A DNA stretch of 64,000 bases from Perkinsela sp. CCAP 1560/9 (taxonomy: Eukaryota; Protista; Euglenozoa: Kinetoplastea), in contig CBFFSA010000007.1 in the NCBI GenBank assembly GCA_965644495.1, forward strand, positions 744,001 through 808,000, written 5' to 3'. The translations under genes and the position numbers were made by a program. The notes below the pieces were generated by a model. That model ran no database searches, had not been told where the DNA came from, and saw only the letters and a program-made list of their open reading frames with translations. Positions 1 to 10,165 of this stretch are shown one piece after another (position 1 is the first letter of the stretch; every line of letters begins with the position of its first letter).

Positions 1-1940
1 TCGGCGAGTAGGATCGCGTTTGGGGTACCCGGACCAGATCCCTGAGAGAACAAATCGCGTTGGGGGGTGTACGCGGGAGAAGTCTGACTAAGCGGCGTTT
101 GACTGAGACGTGCCTTTTCCGATTCCTGCGAAGGAATGGAAAGCTTCGGCTGTGAAGCGGAAAATTGGGTTTGCGATGGTGATACAGCTTTGTCCGCCTT
201 GTCCTTGTTCTTTCTCCTGGCGGTGAGTACGTTCGGTTTGTTTGTCGGTTGCACCGCTCGACCCTGGAGAAAGGAGGCATTGTTTTCTCGCAACGATTGA
301 CGCAGACTCTCTAAACGATCAAGATAAATACGAATGAGAGGAGAAATAACTTTGTTATCGGTATCATTTTCGAGCGTCTCATTTCGTGACGCATCGATCG
401 GCCGAAATATTGAATGAAGCGTAGCAAGAGTCACAGTTCCATCTTCGGAGCTTATGGCGATGCGTAGTCCATCTGAGCACCATGAAAGTCCGGATATCGG
501 TGCGGGGTGCATATTCGAGAATTGGACTCTCGGATAACCTCTGTTCGTTGAAAAAATAGTAACCGTTTCAGACGTGAATAGGGCAATAGCCATCATGTAT
601 TCTGCAGGACCCCAGATATTCTCATTTTTCATAATTTCGCTTGAGGTGGGACCCTCGTCTATGGCTTCGGAGACCGAAGAACCTTCACCAAGATTGTCTT
701 TCGGAAGAGCACTGCTTGATTTGTCTTCGTCCCCCTGATAAAGTATAGGAGAAAATATGGAGCCTATGACAGATACAGAAGACTTTATCCTCAGAGCTTT
801 ATACGGACGGTGGAAAGCATGACGAAGGAAAACGTAGGCGCATTGTTGATATTCGGTCCTACTGGACGTGGGCCTGATCTCCATATTTTCTGCCTCAGAA
901 GGATCAGGATCTTGTTCCTTGGGTTTCCCAGGAGCGTGATCCGAGTTTTGATTCCTCTGAGGATCTTTCGTGGGATCGTAAAACCCACAAGGTATAGCCA
1001 TCATACCCCCATCAGGAGAGAAAGAGCCATGACGGTAGTACGGTGAGGCATCATAAGCGCGAAATAAGAACCCTCCCTGCTCTCCATGAGTTATGTTGTC
1101 ATGCACAGAGAAGGCTTGGGCACGTCCAGGTCGGGTCTCACGGCGGTTGTAAATAATTACCGCCTTGCGGTCGGCCCCAATCGAGACAGCGTATGTTCCC
1201 CAAGGATCCCAAAACACACCTTGGACTGATGCACTGTGAGAACTCTCCATTCGGATACGAGCATATCCGTCGAGGATATCGTGTATAACCACCAACCCCT
1301 CCTGTGAGGCGCTGAGCAAAAACCTCCCATCGTGAGAAAAACTCAGAGCATACACTTCGCGATCTCCAAACACGCGAAGAATTTTTACTGCAGACCAGTT
1401 CTCCACATTATACTCATAGGCACTGTCAAAGAGGCTGGTTCGCGCTCGTGCCGCAGGGGTGACTTCGGATTCTTCCTCTTGTGACGGAAACTCCTTGATC
1501 GGGGAGGGCCCGGAAAAGTTGCCCTCGTTTGCTTCCATCAGTTGGGTGAGACGGCCCGCTGTGGAATCTTGTGTGGCAGCGTTCTCCGCATCGGATCCTG
1601 CCTGCTGCCACATGACAACTTCCCCACTGTTGTATCCGGCTCCTATTAACCGGCCCTGTGGACTCCATCGCGCTACGTTACATGGGGAGCGCTCCGCAAG
1701 GTACATGGTGGTGAGATGGGAAATAGACTCCGCGAGAGGAGATTGGAGGTTGTAACTCCAGATCTTAATGGCACCGTCGAAGCCGGAGGTTAGAAGTTTC
1801 ATCTCGTTAGGGTGCCAGTGGACGCTGAGCACCGCACCAGGCTTGTCCGCGTCTTTTCCGCTCAGAAGTCCCGAGGCACCACTGTCAATATCGTGTGGGA
1901 AGTGCCAACGTAGCTCCAGGGTCTTTACGGAGTCAGTCAT
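1..1940 (-). CDS. WD40 protein, chromatin assembly factor 1 subunit B (CAF-1 p60/Cac2)/HIRA-like; 3' end runs off the window
   Basis: Absent from the ORF track because it has no stop in the window. ATG at 1940 reads MTDSVKTLELRWH...VLSVHWHPNEMKLLTSGFDGAIKIW. The same frame near 540 reads FSNMHPAPISGLSW, typical of the last WD repeat of Cac2. Frame spot-checked, not fully translated. Confidence 0.8.
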   Translation of the reverse strand, partial: MTDSVKTLELRWHFPHDIDSGASGLLSGKDADKPGAVLSVHWHPNEMKLLTSGFDGAIKIWSYNLQSPLAESISHLTTMYLAERSPCNVARWSPQGRLIGAGYNSGEVVMWQQAGSDAENAATQDSTAGRLTQLMEANEGNFSGPSPIKEFPSQEEESEVTPAARARTSLFDSAYEYNVENWSAVKILRVFGDREVYALSFSHDGRFLLSASQEGLVVIHDILDGYARIRMESSHSASVQGVFWDPWGTYAVSIGADRKAVIIYNRRETRPGRAQAFSVHDNITHGEQGGFLFRAYDASPYYRHGSFSPDGGMMAIPCGFYDPTKDPQRNQNSDHAPGKPKEQDPDPSEAENMEIRPTSSRTEYQQCAYVFLRHAFHRPYKALRIKSSVSVIGSIFSPILYQGDEDKSSSALPKDNLGEGSSVSEAIDEGPTSSEIMKNENIWGPAEYMMAIALFTSETVTIFSTNRGYPRVQFSNMHPAPISGLSWCSDGLRIAISSEDGTVTLATLHSIFRPIDASRNETLENDTDNKVISPLIRIYLDRLESLRQSLRENNASFLQGRAVQPTNKPNVLTARRKNKDKADKAVSPSQTQFSASQPKLSIPSQESEKARLSQTPLSQTSPAYTPQRDLFSQGSGPGTPNAILLA

Positions 1941-2167
1941 GAAACAGTGTAGGAGGTACGAAAACCTATTTCACAAATCACTGCATCTCGTACAATAATA
2001 TCAAAAAATGTTATCTTCTATTCCTTCATAACTAGAAAGCAAAGCTACACAGTTATTGTCAGTATGGTTTTTTGTCAGTATGGTAAAACCATAAGGCCAG
2101 TATCGTTTCTTGTTCACAGTTCGAATTCAGGTAACACCCCTTGACACCTCAAGAAGAATCCTACTGA

Positions 2168-3787
2168 TCAAAAGGTCAGTGTAGATCGGTCCACACTTCT
2201 GTCATGATCAGATAAAACGAAGGCATCAGACCTATTCGGAAAACCCTTTTGAGAAGTATGCTGATTGTCAAAAGAAAAATCGACGCTATTTAATACGGAA
2301 CAACTACCGTCTAGGGAGACAATGATTAATTTTTCTCCACCCGTACTCCAGCATACATCGCTGATGGAGCTGGTATGTATGTTCTCCACAAAAAACATGG
2401 GAATCGTGGAATTCGACGAAAATATGGCCACGGATTGGCAAGTATAGACGGCAATGAGAAGTTCGAAACGTTTTGACCCCCAAGCTCGCGAACTGCCTTG
2501 TGAAGAAACCGAAGAGCAATTGAGAGGTGCAAAAGCGCTCCCGATCACCACGGCATGCCCTGGTAAACACAAACATGCGTGAAAGTTGAGGCTACTACTG
2601 ACGTCGCTTTCGGGGATAACTCGTCCCTTTTGAAAGATTACACAGCATTCTGCGTTAGATTTACTTTCGTTTGCTGGTTTGACACCTGCTAATGACATCA
2701 AATAGCCCCCGGGCAAGGCAAGAAACTCTCCAGTGGAAGAGAACGACATTGAGCGAGTAGGATAGAAATCATTTTCTCTATCCATTCTAAAATTGAAAGA
2801 AATTTTATCTCCATGGTCCCACAATAGCTGTTCACGACCCGAGAAAACAGGAGGATGGAGTGACGTTGCTTGTACACTAACACCGAGTGGTGCATATGCC
2901 AAAATTAAGTGACTAAGTGAAAATGCCCCAGAACCAAAGCAGCCCACTATTATGACAGATGAATCCGGGAAAGTGTTTTCTCGTTCCCCAGATTGATTAT
3001 CAAAATTTTCCTTTGTGTGAGCTCTAGAGAGTAAATCCGGGACAAAATTATTGTAAACATGCATGCGGATGCCGCGCAATACTCCTCCGGACTCAGGACT
3101 AGTGAGAACCATAAGAAGAGCGTAAGATCCCATGCCTTCCTTTTCTAAGTAGCGTCTATGAAGCTTCATAACACCCGAATTCGCATCCGATGAAACCACT
3201 CTTACTTCGTGGGAACCCCAGAGATAAATCGACCCGGTATATAGCCCGCATGCGAGAAGAGAAGCGTCGGAAGAGAAATCAAGAAACGTAACCATATCAT
3301 GATGCGGAAGCGCACTCTCACCTTTTCCGACCAAATATCGCTTCGAAAGTGACGAAGACTCTAAACTCCACAGTTGGACTAATCCACTACTTAATGCAAG
3401 CGCCAGCAACCCAGTACTTGGAACAGCTCGAACCAATGTACAGTAGTGTGAAATACCCTTGCCTGAATCTGCTGTTGTCATGCCAAAGGCGTCGGGGGGA
3501 CAGCCATAAAGTGATATCCCATTTTCCTGGTGATAACACAAGGGATCAATTTGCCCAACCATCGCGAGCTGATCGGTCTCGGGGCCTAATAGCCATAGTT
3601 TCACGGTGCCATCAACTCCAGCCGTCGCAACGAGGCTGTAGTCAGCGGGACCAAACGGAGCGGGGATCGCACAAACAGAGAGGATACGACATGGCTGGGC
3701 GGCTGTGTGTGGTCTTCGCGTTCCCTCCTCGTTATCGTTGTAACGATCAATAGGGCGATGGCACGCAGGGTGTAACGTCACTGCCAT
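2168..3787 (-). CDS. Divergent WD40 protein, CAF-1 subunit B/HIRA-like paralog
   Basis: WD motifs ATAGVDGTVKLW, FLDFSSDASLLACG, SFSSTGEFLALPGG and NIHTSSISDVCWSTGG..VSLDG. First ATG at 3787. Confidence 0.72.
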   Translation of the reverse strand: MAVTLHPACHRPIDRYNDNEEGTRRPHTAAQPCRILSVCAIPAPFGPADYSLVATAGVDGTVKLWLLGPETDQLAMVGQIDPLCYHQENGISLYGCPPDAFGMTTADSGKGISHYCTLVRAVPSTGLLALALSSGLVQLWSLESSSLSKRYLVGKGESALPHHDMVTFLDFSSDASLLACGLYTGSIYLWGSHEVRVVSSDANSGVMKLHRRYLEKEGMGSYALLMVLTSPESGGVLRGIRMHVYNNFVPDLLSRAHTKENFDNQSGERENTFPDSSVIIVGCFGSGAFSLSHLILAYAPLGVSVQATSLHPPVFSGREQLLWDHGDKISFNFRMDRENDFYPTRSMSFSSTGEFLALPGGYLMSLAGVKPANESKSNAECCVIFQKGRVIPESDVSSSLNFHACLCLPGHAVVIGSAFAPLNCSSVSSQGSSRAWGSKRFELLIAVYTCQSVAIFSSNSTIPMFFVENIHTSSISDVCWSTGGEKLIIVSLDGSCSVLNSVDFSFDNQHTSQKGFPNRSDAFVLSDHDRSVDRSTLTF

Positions 3788-3890
3788 TAAACTAACGAAG
3801 AGAGTACCATAGCGAAGATAAAGGTCTACTTGTGCGGTATGGGCAATAAAAAGCAAGATAAATAAACGCAAGAAAACTTGTTCTATCGTG

Positions 3891-3934
3891 ACTTAAGAGG
3901 TACATAACTTAAGAGGTACATAACTTAAGAGGTA
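3891..3934. repeat. 16-bp tandem repeat ACTTAAGAGGTACATA x2.75 (intergenic)
   Basis: Read directly from the sequence. Confidence 0.85.
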
Positions 3935-4032
3935 GTAAGTTAAGTTTAAGTTCTAACGTGACTAAAGAGGACCAAAGGAAGAGATTTAAAGCATTGAATT
4001 TCAACCTTTTGAGACAAGAACTTGGTAGTATA

Positions 4033-5685
4033 TCAAGATTTCTGTATAGTAGGATGTTTTACTGCCACAATTCTCGGGTACCGATTTTCTTTGTGGGCAG
4101 AAAAAAGAAGTTTAAGTCGAGAGAAACATAGTTCATCCTTGACGAAAAAACAGTATCGTTCGACTACTGTGCGTAAGGGAAGAGCAAAACGGTACCCCCG
4201 CCGGTGAATCGCATGAGATAGAATATCCAACATTATTTGTTGTGGGGCAGTGGAGTGCGTGGAGGCAACCTTTTTTAAGTTTTGTGCTGAAATAGGGCGA
4301 ACCAGACAGGACCCTCTCGGCAGTGAGTGTAAAGCATACAACGCGCGAAGAGTGGGAGTATGCTCCAAATGAATTCCAAGATACAGTTTGTTTTTTCTTT
4401 TTGTGTTTTCCATACTTTCATTTACTATGGAACTCACTGTCTTTTGTTTCCTTATGTTCTCGGCGGAATCAAAAAAATTAAGTGCACGTAGTGCTTCCCA
4501 CCAGCGCACAGGTCCACTGTTAGTATTACAGTGATCTGGGTGATGAAATATGTGTAAGAGCGAGCTCAAAACTACGCTGCTTGTACAGCGAAGCTTTTCC
4601 ATTGTGTTCTCTTTGGTGTTTGATGTTATCATTGTTTCAGCGGCGCTACCAATCAATTCGTAGATATGCTCCTGCACAGTTCGACATGCCATCTTCCACG
4701 TCATGTGCGACTCGCATACATGGGCTGCTTCCGAAAGCATTCCAACTTTCGTATTTGATTCAGGAAATGACGAGCTCCTTTGAACCATGAGATGTATATA
4801 TTGTAAGTATCGATAGGACCCTCCTTCGCGATGAGCCACTTCATGCAAAAAAGGTTTGAAGTTTGTCTGTGCCCAAAGAGTGTATAGCTCTTGAATGCGC
4901 CCCTTCTCATAAAGGACATGAAGAATCGAGGGAAAAAGTGAGATTAAGAGAGGTGATGACAATACCCTTGGTGGAGAAGAAAGATGTGCATTTCCACGCC
5001 CCGTCGATTCGCACACCTGTTGCATCCACAAGACGGTTTGACGCGTCAATGATGGCTCTACGTCGTTGACTTCTGATTCTGGAGCTGTGTGTAAAACAGC
5101 ACATTCCGGACTTCGTATCACAGTGCGAAGGGCTCGATCCCACATAAGAGCATGTGAAAAACACATTGCAGTGCAGTCCCAATATTCTTGATCAGTAAAA
5201 GAACTAGAAAGATGGTTCATCGCTTCCTTCCAAAGGTCACTGTAACACAGTGCACGGATGTATTCGGTGGTGTGCTCGACTTCAATAGGAATGTGAAAAG
5301 AGTTGGGAAGCAAATCTGAGGATGAATCCTGCTTTAATCGGGATGCTTTCCTTCTCTTACTGTGAAAAACCTGCTTCTGTGCATGAAACAAATTGCATCT
5401 GCGCACTATATCGTAGAGAACAATTGCACGAGACCACGATAAACCTTGAAGGGCATCCAAAAGAATATCGGGACGAGCAGCAAAAAGTGGTAAGGAACCT
5501 TCAACAGTCTGCCGTAAGGAATTCTCTGATACTCGAGAAAGGTGTGACAAAAAAATCGGCAAATTAATCTGCGCTGCCCTTGGCTTCGAGTTTGATAAAG
5601 TCGTTTCGGCGCAAGGAAGTGTAGGCCGTATTGGTAAATCATCTTCTATGATCTTTTGATATGTACATTCTTCTACGTCGTTCAT
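4033..5685 (-). CDS. Hypothetical alpha-helical repeat protein (recurrent W-x-x-A-L motifs)
   Basis: 550-aa ORF on the cluster strand with WSRAI, WKEAM, WDRAL, WKMAC and WEAL motifs. Confidence 0.6.
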   Translation of the reverse strand: MNDVEECTYQKIIEDDLPIRPTLPCAETTLSNSKPRAAQINLPIFLSHLSRVSENSLRQTVEGSLPLFAARPDILLDALQGLSWSRAIVLYDIVRRCNLFHAQKQVFHSKRRKASRLKQDSSSDLLPNSFHIPIEVEHTTEYIRALCYSDLWKEAMNHLSSSFTDQEYWDCTAMCFSHALMWDRALRTVIRSPECAVLHTAPESEVNDVEPSLTRQTVLWMQQVCESTGRGNAHLSSPPRVLSSPLLISLFPSILHVLYEKGRIQELYTLWAQTNFKPFLHEVAHREGGSYRYLQYIHLMVQRSSSFPESNTKVGMLSEAAHVCESHMTWKMACRTVQEHIYELIGSAAETMITSNTKENTMEKLRCTSSVVLSSLLHIFHHPDHCNTNSGPVRWWEALRALNFFDSAENIRKQKTVSSIVNESMENTKRKNKLYLGIHLEHTPTLRALYALHSLPRGSCLVRPISAQNLKKVASTHSTAPQQIMLDILSHAIHRRGYRFALPLRTVVERYCFFVKDELCFSRLKLLFSAHKENRYPRIVAVKHPTIQKS

Positions 5686-6003
5686 TATTTATTCGCCCTT
5701 ACAAAATTCTTGACGACTTTACGTTGTCCTACGCAGCAGCCTTGGAACGAAAGAGGAGCGGAATCAATCCGTCAGAGAAAATATTTTTAGAATCGAGATC
5801 AGCATCCGATTTCAGAGAAATATAACAAAAAATCAATAATAGTGAACTTGAAGTTATTAACTTTGCTTTTCGTATCTTGAATTATTATCTCATTTTTTTA
5901 TTCCCCCGACGCAGATTACCTGAAACCGCTAGGCCACCACCTTGGACAATTTCCATACATATATGCCCACTTCTTTAACTAGAAAATACGTGTCTGAATG
6001 TGT

Positions 6004-6477
6004 TCAAAATTGTGCTATCATATCCCAAATCTTTTCTATCCGGCGATACACTGTGGAACGATCTGCACATGTATAGCATATAGGAGGAAAGGCCTTCGTG
6101 ATATGTATTCCTTCGGCCCGGTTTTGGGAAATAACTCCTCTCAAATCCGCCTCGGCTTTTTTCATTTCAGCAGAGACAACGTGTGCCGTCGGTCCGGGCC
6201 ATAATTCAGCGCAACACACAGCAATATTGTCTGCTTCTTCACGATCCTTTGCCGATACAAAAATGACACCTAACGTTGGTTCCGATAGACTCCTTATCCC
6301 TCTTTCGCAGGGAAGAGCTTTCGCGAGTCCTTCACGAATAGCTTCTACCGCAATGTCATTTCTTAAAATACGTACACACCATGTTGTGGTTTCGGGAGAC
6401 TGTCCTGCTGGCCACGAAGGAAACTTACGCAAGTGTTCCTTTAATGACTCGTCCTGCTCAGTGCTGCTGCTTGTCAT
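6004..6477 (-). CDS. Hypothetical protein
   Basis: ORF on the cluster strand filling the gap between neighbours; first ATG at 6477; globular composition. Confidence 0.55.
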   Translation of the reverse strand: MTSSSTEQDESLKEHLRKFPSWPAGQSPETTTWCVRILRNDIAVEAIREGLAKALPCERGIRSLSEPTLGVIFVSAKDREEADNIAVCCAELWPGPTAHVVSAEMKKAEADLRGVISQNRAEGIHITKAFPPICYTCADRSTVYRRIEKIWDMIAQF

Positions 6478-6682
6478 TGAGGGTGTTGTCGTTGAGAGTG
6501 TTGCTTGTGAAAAAGAATGTAACACGCTAAAAAATTAGAGTCATAAGAATCACCTAAAGTACCTATCTAAAGAAAATCTCGTAGAAAATCTCGTAAGTGA
6601 GGATACTGTAGTGTACAAATGTATAATATCTTGCGGAATAGCGCCTTGGAAAGGAAAGAAATCCTTCCTAAATACGTCTGTC

Positions 6683-8344
6683 TTAATTATATCCGGAAGG
6701 ATCCGTTACACTGAATTCGTAAACGTGTATATCTCCTTCTCCGGTAGAAACAGCGAATACGTCAAGCTCGACGCCCGCAAAAGCAAAATCTCTTAAATGG
6801 GTGACATCGGTAGTTGCTTTCACAAGAGAATCCTTACTTGAGGGCGCATATGATTCAGCCTGGCATGTTTCAGTACAAGAGTTTTCAGGAAGCGCAAGCC
6901 GATCCTGCCTTCGTGCCGTCCGTTGAATCCATTTGGGACACGATAAGGTTCCGAATCGTACACAGCACAGTTTCGAGCCCCCTGTCCCACCCGATATCAA
7001 ACTGCGGCATGGCAGGTGAACCTTATGGACTACTTGGGCATTGTTGACGACATCAATCACGCGGTATGCGGAGTCCCATCCAAGAGCAATCAGATATTTT
7101 CCGTCCGGCCGGAAGGCTACAGATCCAATGCCTATGGGCTTACTATATGTACTGCCTTCAGGATCGAGATCTTCCGATTCACTCGAATCGATTGCTGATA
7201 CGGGAAGCGGCACTTGTGGATCCTGGGGTGTCGTGTGAGAGGAAGTTTGGCGCCGGGCACAATACAAGCCGAGTCCACCCTTCCCATCATCACAAAAAAT
7301 TACAATCGCCCCATCTGCAGTTCCTACGGCCGCTAGATGAACAGGTTTTATTGCTTGTTTAGCCCCAACTTCATGGTGCGCACCGCGGATAGGAACACCT
7401 AGACAATCCAGACATGTGATAGGGTGATGCGAGACATGAACAATCTGCTCCGCGGTAGGTACAGCTACGTGCTTCGCCATCTCTTCAGCGTCTATTATTT
7501 CTACAGTTGTACTCCACCGTACCAAATGCCCACTTTCGTAGCCAACTAAAAGAGAAATACACGAATTGTCACACGAATCAGCATTCAAAGAAGAGTTATC
7601 CGATTCCCTCCAGCATTCTGCAAAGCACATCAATGTACCAGTTTTGATCACCTGTGATTTATGACGAACTGCTGCGGGAAGTATCGGTCGCGGGCCATGG
7701 AGGGAAAAATTGGAAGGTTCCAAGTCTTCTTGATCATGTTTTCCGGACTCGGACTTCCCTGCATTGTCTGCAGCTCTAGTTTGCTCACCCGTCATTCTAG
7801 GCTCCCCGCACTGATACGTGTATAATTCCAGTGTCGAGGCACTTGTCGGAAGTATTAAAGAAATATTTACACGATACAAGGCAACGACGTTACAGTACGA
7901 ATACGCCGTATATGGAATACTGCGGATTGGTACGAAACTATACAGGAGCGACTCAGTGCTCGTGTTTCGTTCGAAAGAGTGTAAGATGATGCGATTGTCC
8001 CTGGTTTGCACAATACATCCCGAATTGTATTCAAGTGACGTTGGATCAACAATTCCACGTTTATTTGGGAACGGAGAAGGTTCCTTTACACGTGCTACCC
8101 ATTCAGCACTAAGCAGGTTTACACAATGGTTTACACAATGGCTCTCTTTGGAAGCAAAATCACTATCTGAATTAATAGCTATGAAAGCAATTGGTCTCCG
8201 TAATTTGAGATCCCAGATAAAAACTTCACCCAATGTAGACGTACTTAGAAGTAACGTTTCCTGTTTTATACGTGGGGCACGAAAACGAACAGATGTAACA
8301 TACCCGCGGTGTCCCCGTAGGGTGCACATAGGTGGAACATGCAT
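6683..8344 (-). CDS. WD40 protein, GNB1L/ASA1-like
   Basis: N-terminus TLRGHRGYVTSVRF..GEVFIWDLKLRR, plus LLVGYESGHL and GIGSVAFRPDGKYLIALGWD, match the ASA1/GNB1L pattern. Confidence 0.7.
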   Translation of the reverse strand: MHVPPMCTLRGHRGYVTSVRFRAPRIKQETLLLSTSTLGEVFIWDLKLRRPIAFIAINSDSDFASKESHCVNHCVNLLSAEWVARVKEPSPFPNKRGIVDPTSLEYNSGCIVQTRDNRIILHSFERNTSTESLLYSFVPIRSIPYTAYSYCNVVALYRVNISLILPTSASTLELYTYQCGEPRMTGEQTRAADNAGKSESGKHDQEDLEPSNFSLHGPRPILPAAVRHKSQVIKTGTLMCFAECWRESDNSSLNADSCDNSCISLLVGYESGHLVRWSTTVEIIDAEEMAKHVAVPTAEQIVHVSHHPITCLDCLGVPIRGAHHEVGAKQAIKPVHLAAVGTADGAIVIFCDDGKGGLGLYCARRQTSSHTTPQDPQVPLPVSAIDSSESEDLDPEGSTYSKPIGIGSVAFRPDGKYLIALGWDSAYRVIDVVNNAQVVHKVHLPCRSLISGGTGGSKLCCVRFGTLSCPKWIQRTARRQDRLALPENSCTETCQAESYAPSSKDSLVKATTDVTHLRDFAFAGVELDVFAVSTGEGDIHVYEFSVTDPSGYN

Positions 8345-8730
8345 TTAAGGGGAATTTCATTACTTTGTATTATCGTATACACGGGGAAGAGTGCAAAAAG
8401 AATTCTATTACCAAGTCCTCGTATTCCAATTCAAGTGGTCAATACAATGCAATTAAGAATGATACCAAATGTATCATAAAAAACAAACATAATGTGTACG
8501 TGTACATGCATTTGTACATGTAAAATATATCAATACAAACCCGCCGTTAACAGTGTGAATTTGATTTGAATATTGTGATATGATTCGATTATTTGAAGTG
8601 CGTGTGTTAAATTCTCGCTTTGTTGCAGACCTGAAGAATGAAAGAAAAGCAAGAGCGATATATTTTTCGGTCGCTTTCAACCACTTTAGTGCGTAAACAT
8701 TGAAATCAAGATACAGATAATGCTATGCAC

Positions 8731-9444
8731 TCATACTAATTTTCTTGGAAGAATACAGCGCACGTCCTTTGATTTTGCAAGGTCGTTTTCAAGAAACGTT
8801 ATCAACTTTGACAATGTGCTATCAGAAACATCTGACTCTGGCGAAATCTCAAGCCTATCTAAATCTAAATTCAAGTTCTGATCGCTCGTTTCAGATGGAA
8901 CTGTTCTGATTGGGTCAAAGTCATACGGTTCGATAACAATGCAATTTTCGCAAAAACCCCTATTTTCATCGATAGAGGTTTCAACAAATGTAGTTGCATT
9001 CGGGTTATAAAGGTCAAAATACTCATTTTTTATAGCGCCAGGATAGTTTCTAAGCGTGGCGTGGTGCCACTTGTGTTTCAAGTCATCAGGGAAAAAAACT
9101 TTAGCATCCTTTCGACGCATACTGTCAGAAATTGTGTGCTCTCTGTGAAACACAAACTTGAAATTTATTTCTGGAAACAGATGATTAACTTGTGACAAAG
9201 TGTTTTTCCTAGTGTTGGTCGACCAAATCGCGAGATTGTGGGAACCAGAGAGTTGAGTAAGTACTTGCCGTATACCTGGACGTAACCAGATGAGTTGCGT
9301 ACCAAGAATGTGTGTGGGAGGAACAATACTGATGTTACGCCCAGGTAAAACGGTTTTCGCGCGCCTTCTTATGTCGGAGACATGAAGACGTTCCAATAGG
9401 ACGCCTCGAAGTCCAAAAATGAGCAGGCCTTTCGAGGCAGACAT
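8731..9444 (-). CDS. NIF/FCP1-like HAD-fold protein, probably catalytically inactive
   Basis: LLIFGLRGVLL (degenerate DxDxT), IWLRPGIRQVL, LAIWST, FKFVFHREH. First ATG at 9444. Confidence 0.65.
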   Translation of the reverse strand: MSASKGLLIFGLRGVLLERLHVSDIRRRAKTVLPGRNISIVPPTHILGTQLIWLRPGIRQVLTQLSGSHNLAIWSTNTRKNTLSQVNHLFPEINFKFVFHREHTISDSMRRKDAKVFFPDDLKHKWHHATLRNYPGAIKNEYFDLYNPNATTFVETSIDENRGFCENCIVIEPYDFDPIRTVPSETSDQNLNLDLDRLEISPESDVSDSTLSKLITFLENDLAKSKDVRCILPRKLV

Positions 9445-10165
9445 AATCAAAAGGTAAGGATTCTCCCGATATGTTAATTTGTCATAGAATTTGAACAATA
9501 CACATTAGAAAAAGAAAATTGTTTGAAAATGAATGGGACGCACTTCTTCCAGGGATATTTTCAAATCTTTTGGTTAGCTTTTTTTCAATAAGTAAATATT
9601 TGTAAGCTCCCTCGCTGATCGTCGTGCAGTGACATTGAACCCCGAAGTGGTGGACTTGGCAGTATGCTCTCGGACTGTTGTTTGGACGGATGACTGGAGA
9701 GGAAATGCTACATTAAGTGATGATTTGTGCCACGTGAATCGTCAGCATCATTGGGTCGACCCAAGACCGAAGCCCATGCGCAGACAGTTGAATGCATGGA
9801 TGGATCCCTCAAAAAGCCAGTTCTGAATAGCGGTACGGGCACGATCGGACGTGACGACAGCGCCCGCAACGATCGCTTCAAGTTTGGTGGGGAGGTTGTT
9901 GACGGCACATTGGGGAGCACTTTGGTTATCATCTGCGTATCTCCTGGTTATCTCCTTATCGGACGTCGAAATGTACTGCAGACAGGTAGAATTTGTTTTA
10001 GAGTGATTTTTTTTAAGTGGTGAAAATTTTTAAAAAACGTAAAAAGGCGCACTTCTGAGTCCTTTTAACCAAATTCTCAAATACTTTTTTCAGTATACTG
10101 AAACAAACAGTATAAGATTACATGCGAGAGACATACATACACGTACATGTATGAAAAACTAGTAA

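Noticed and set aside
7818-8348. Plus-strand ORFs antisense to host genes (this one and many others)
   Set aside because: Shadow ORFs opposite well-supported minus-strand genes, with no motifs.
9600-10023. Short ORFs between the NIF-like and TCAIM-like genes
   Set aside because: Under 100 aa with no recognisable motif; a small gene cannot be supported or excluded.
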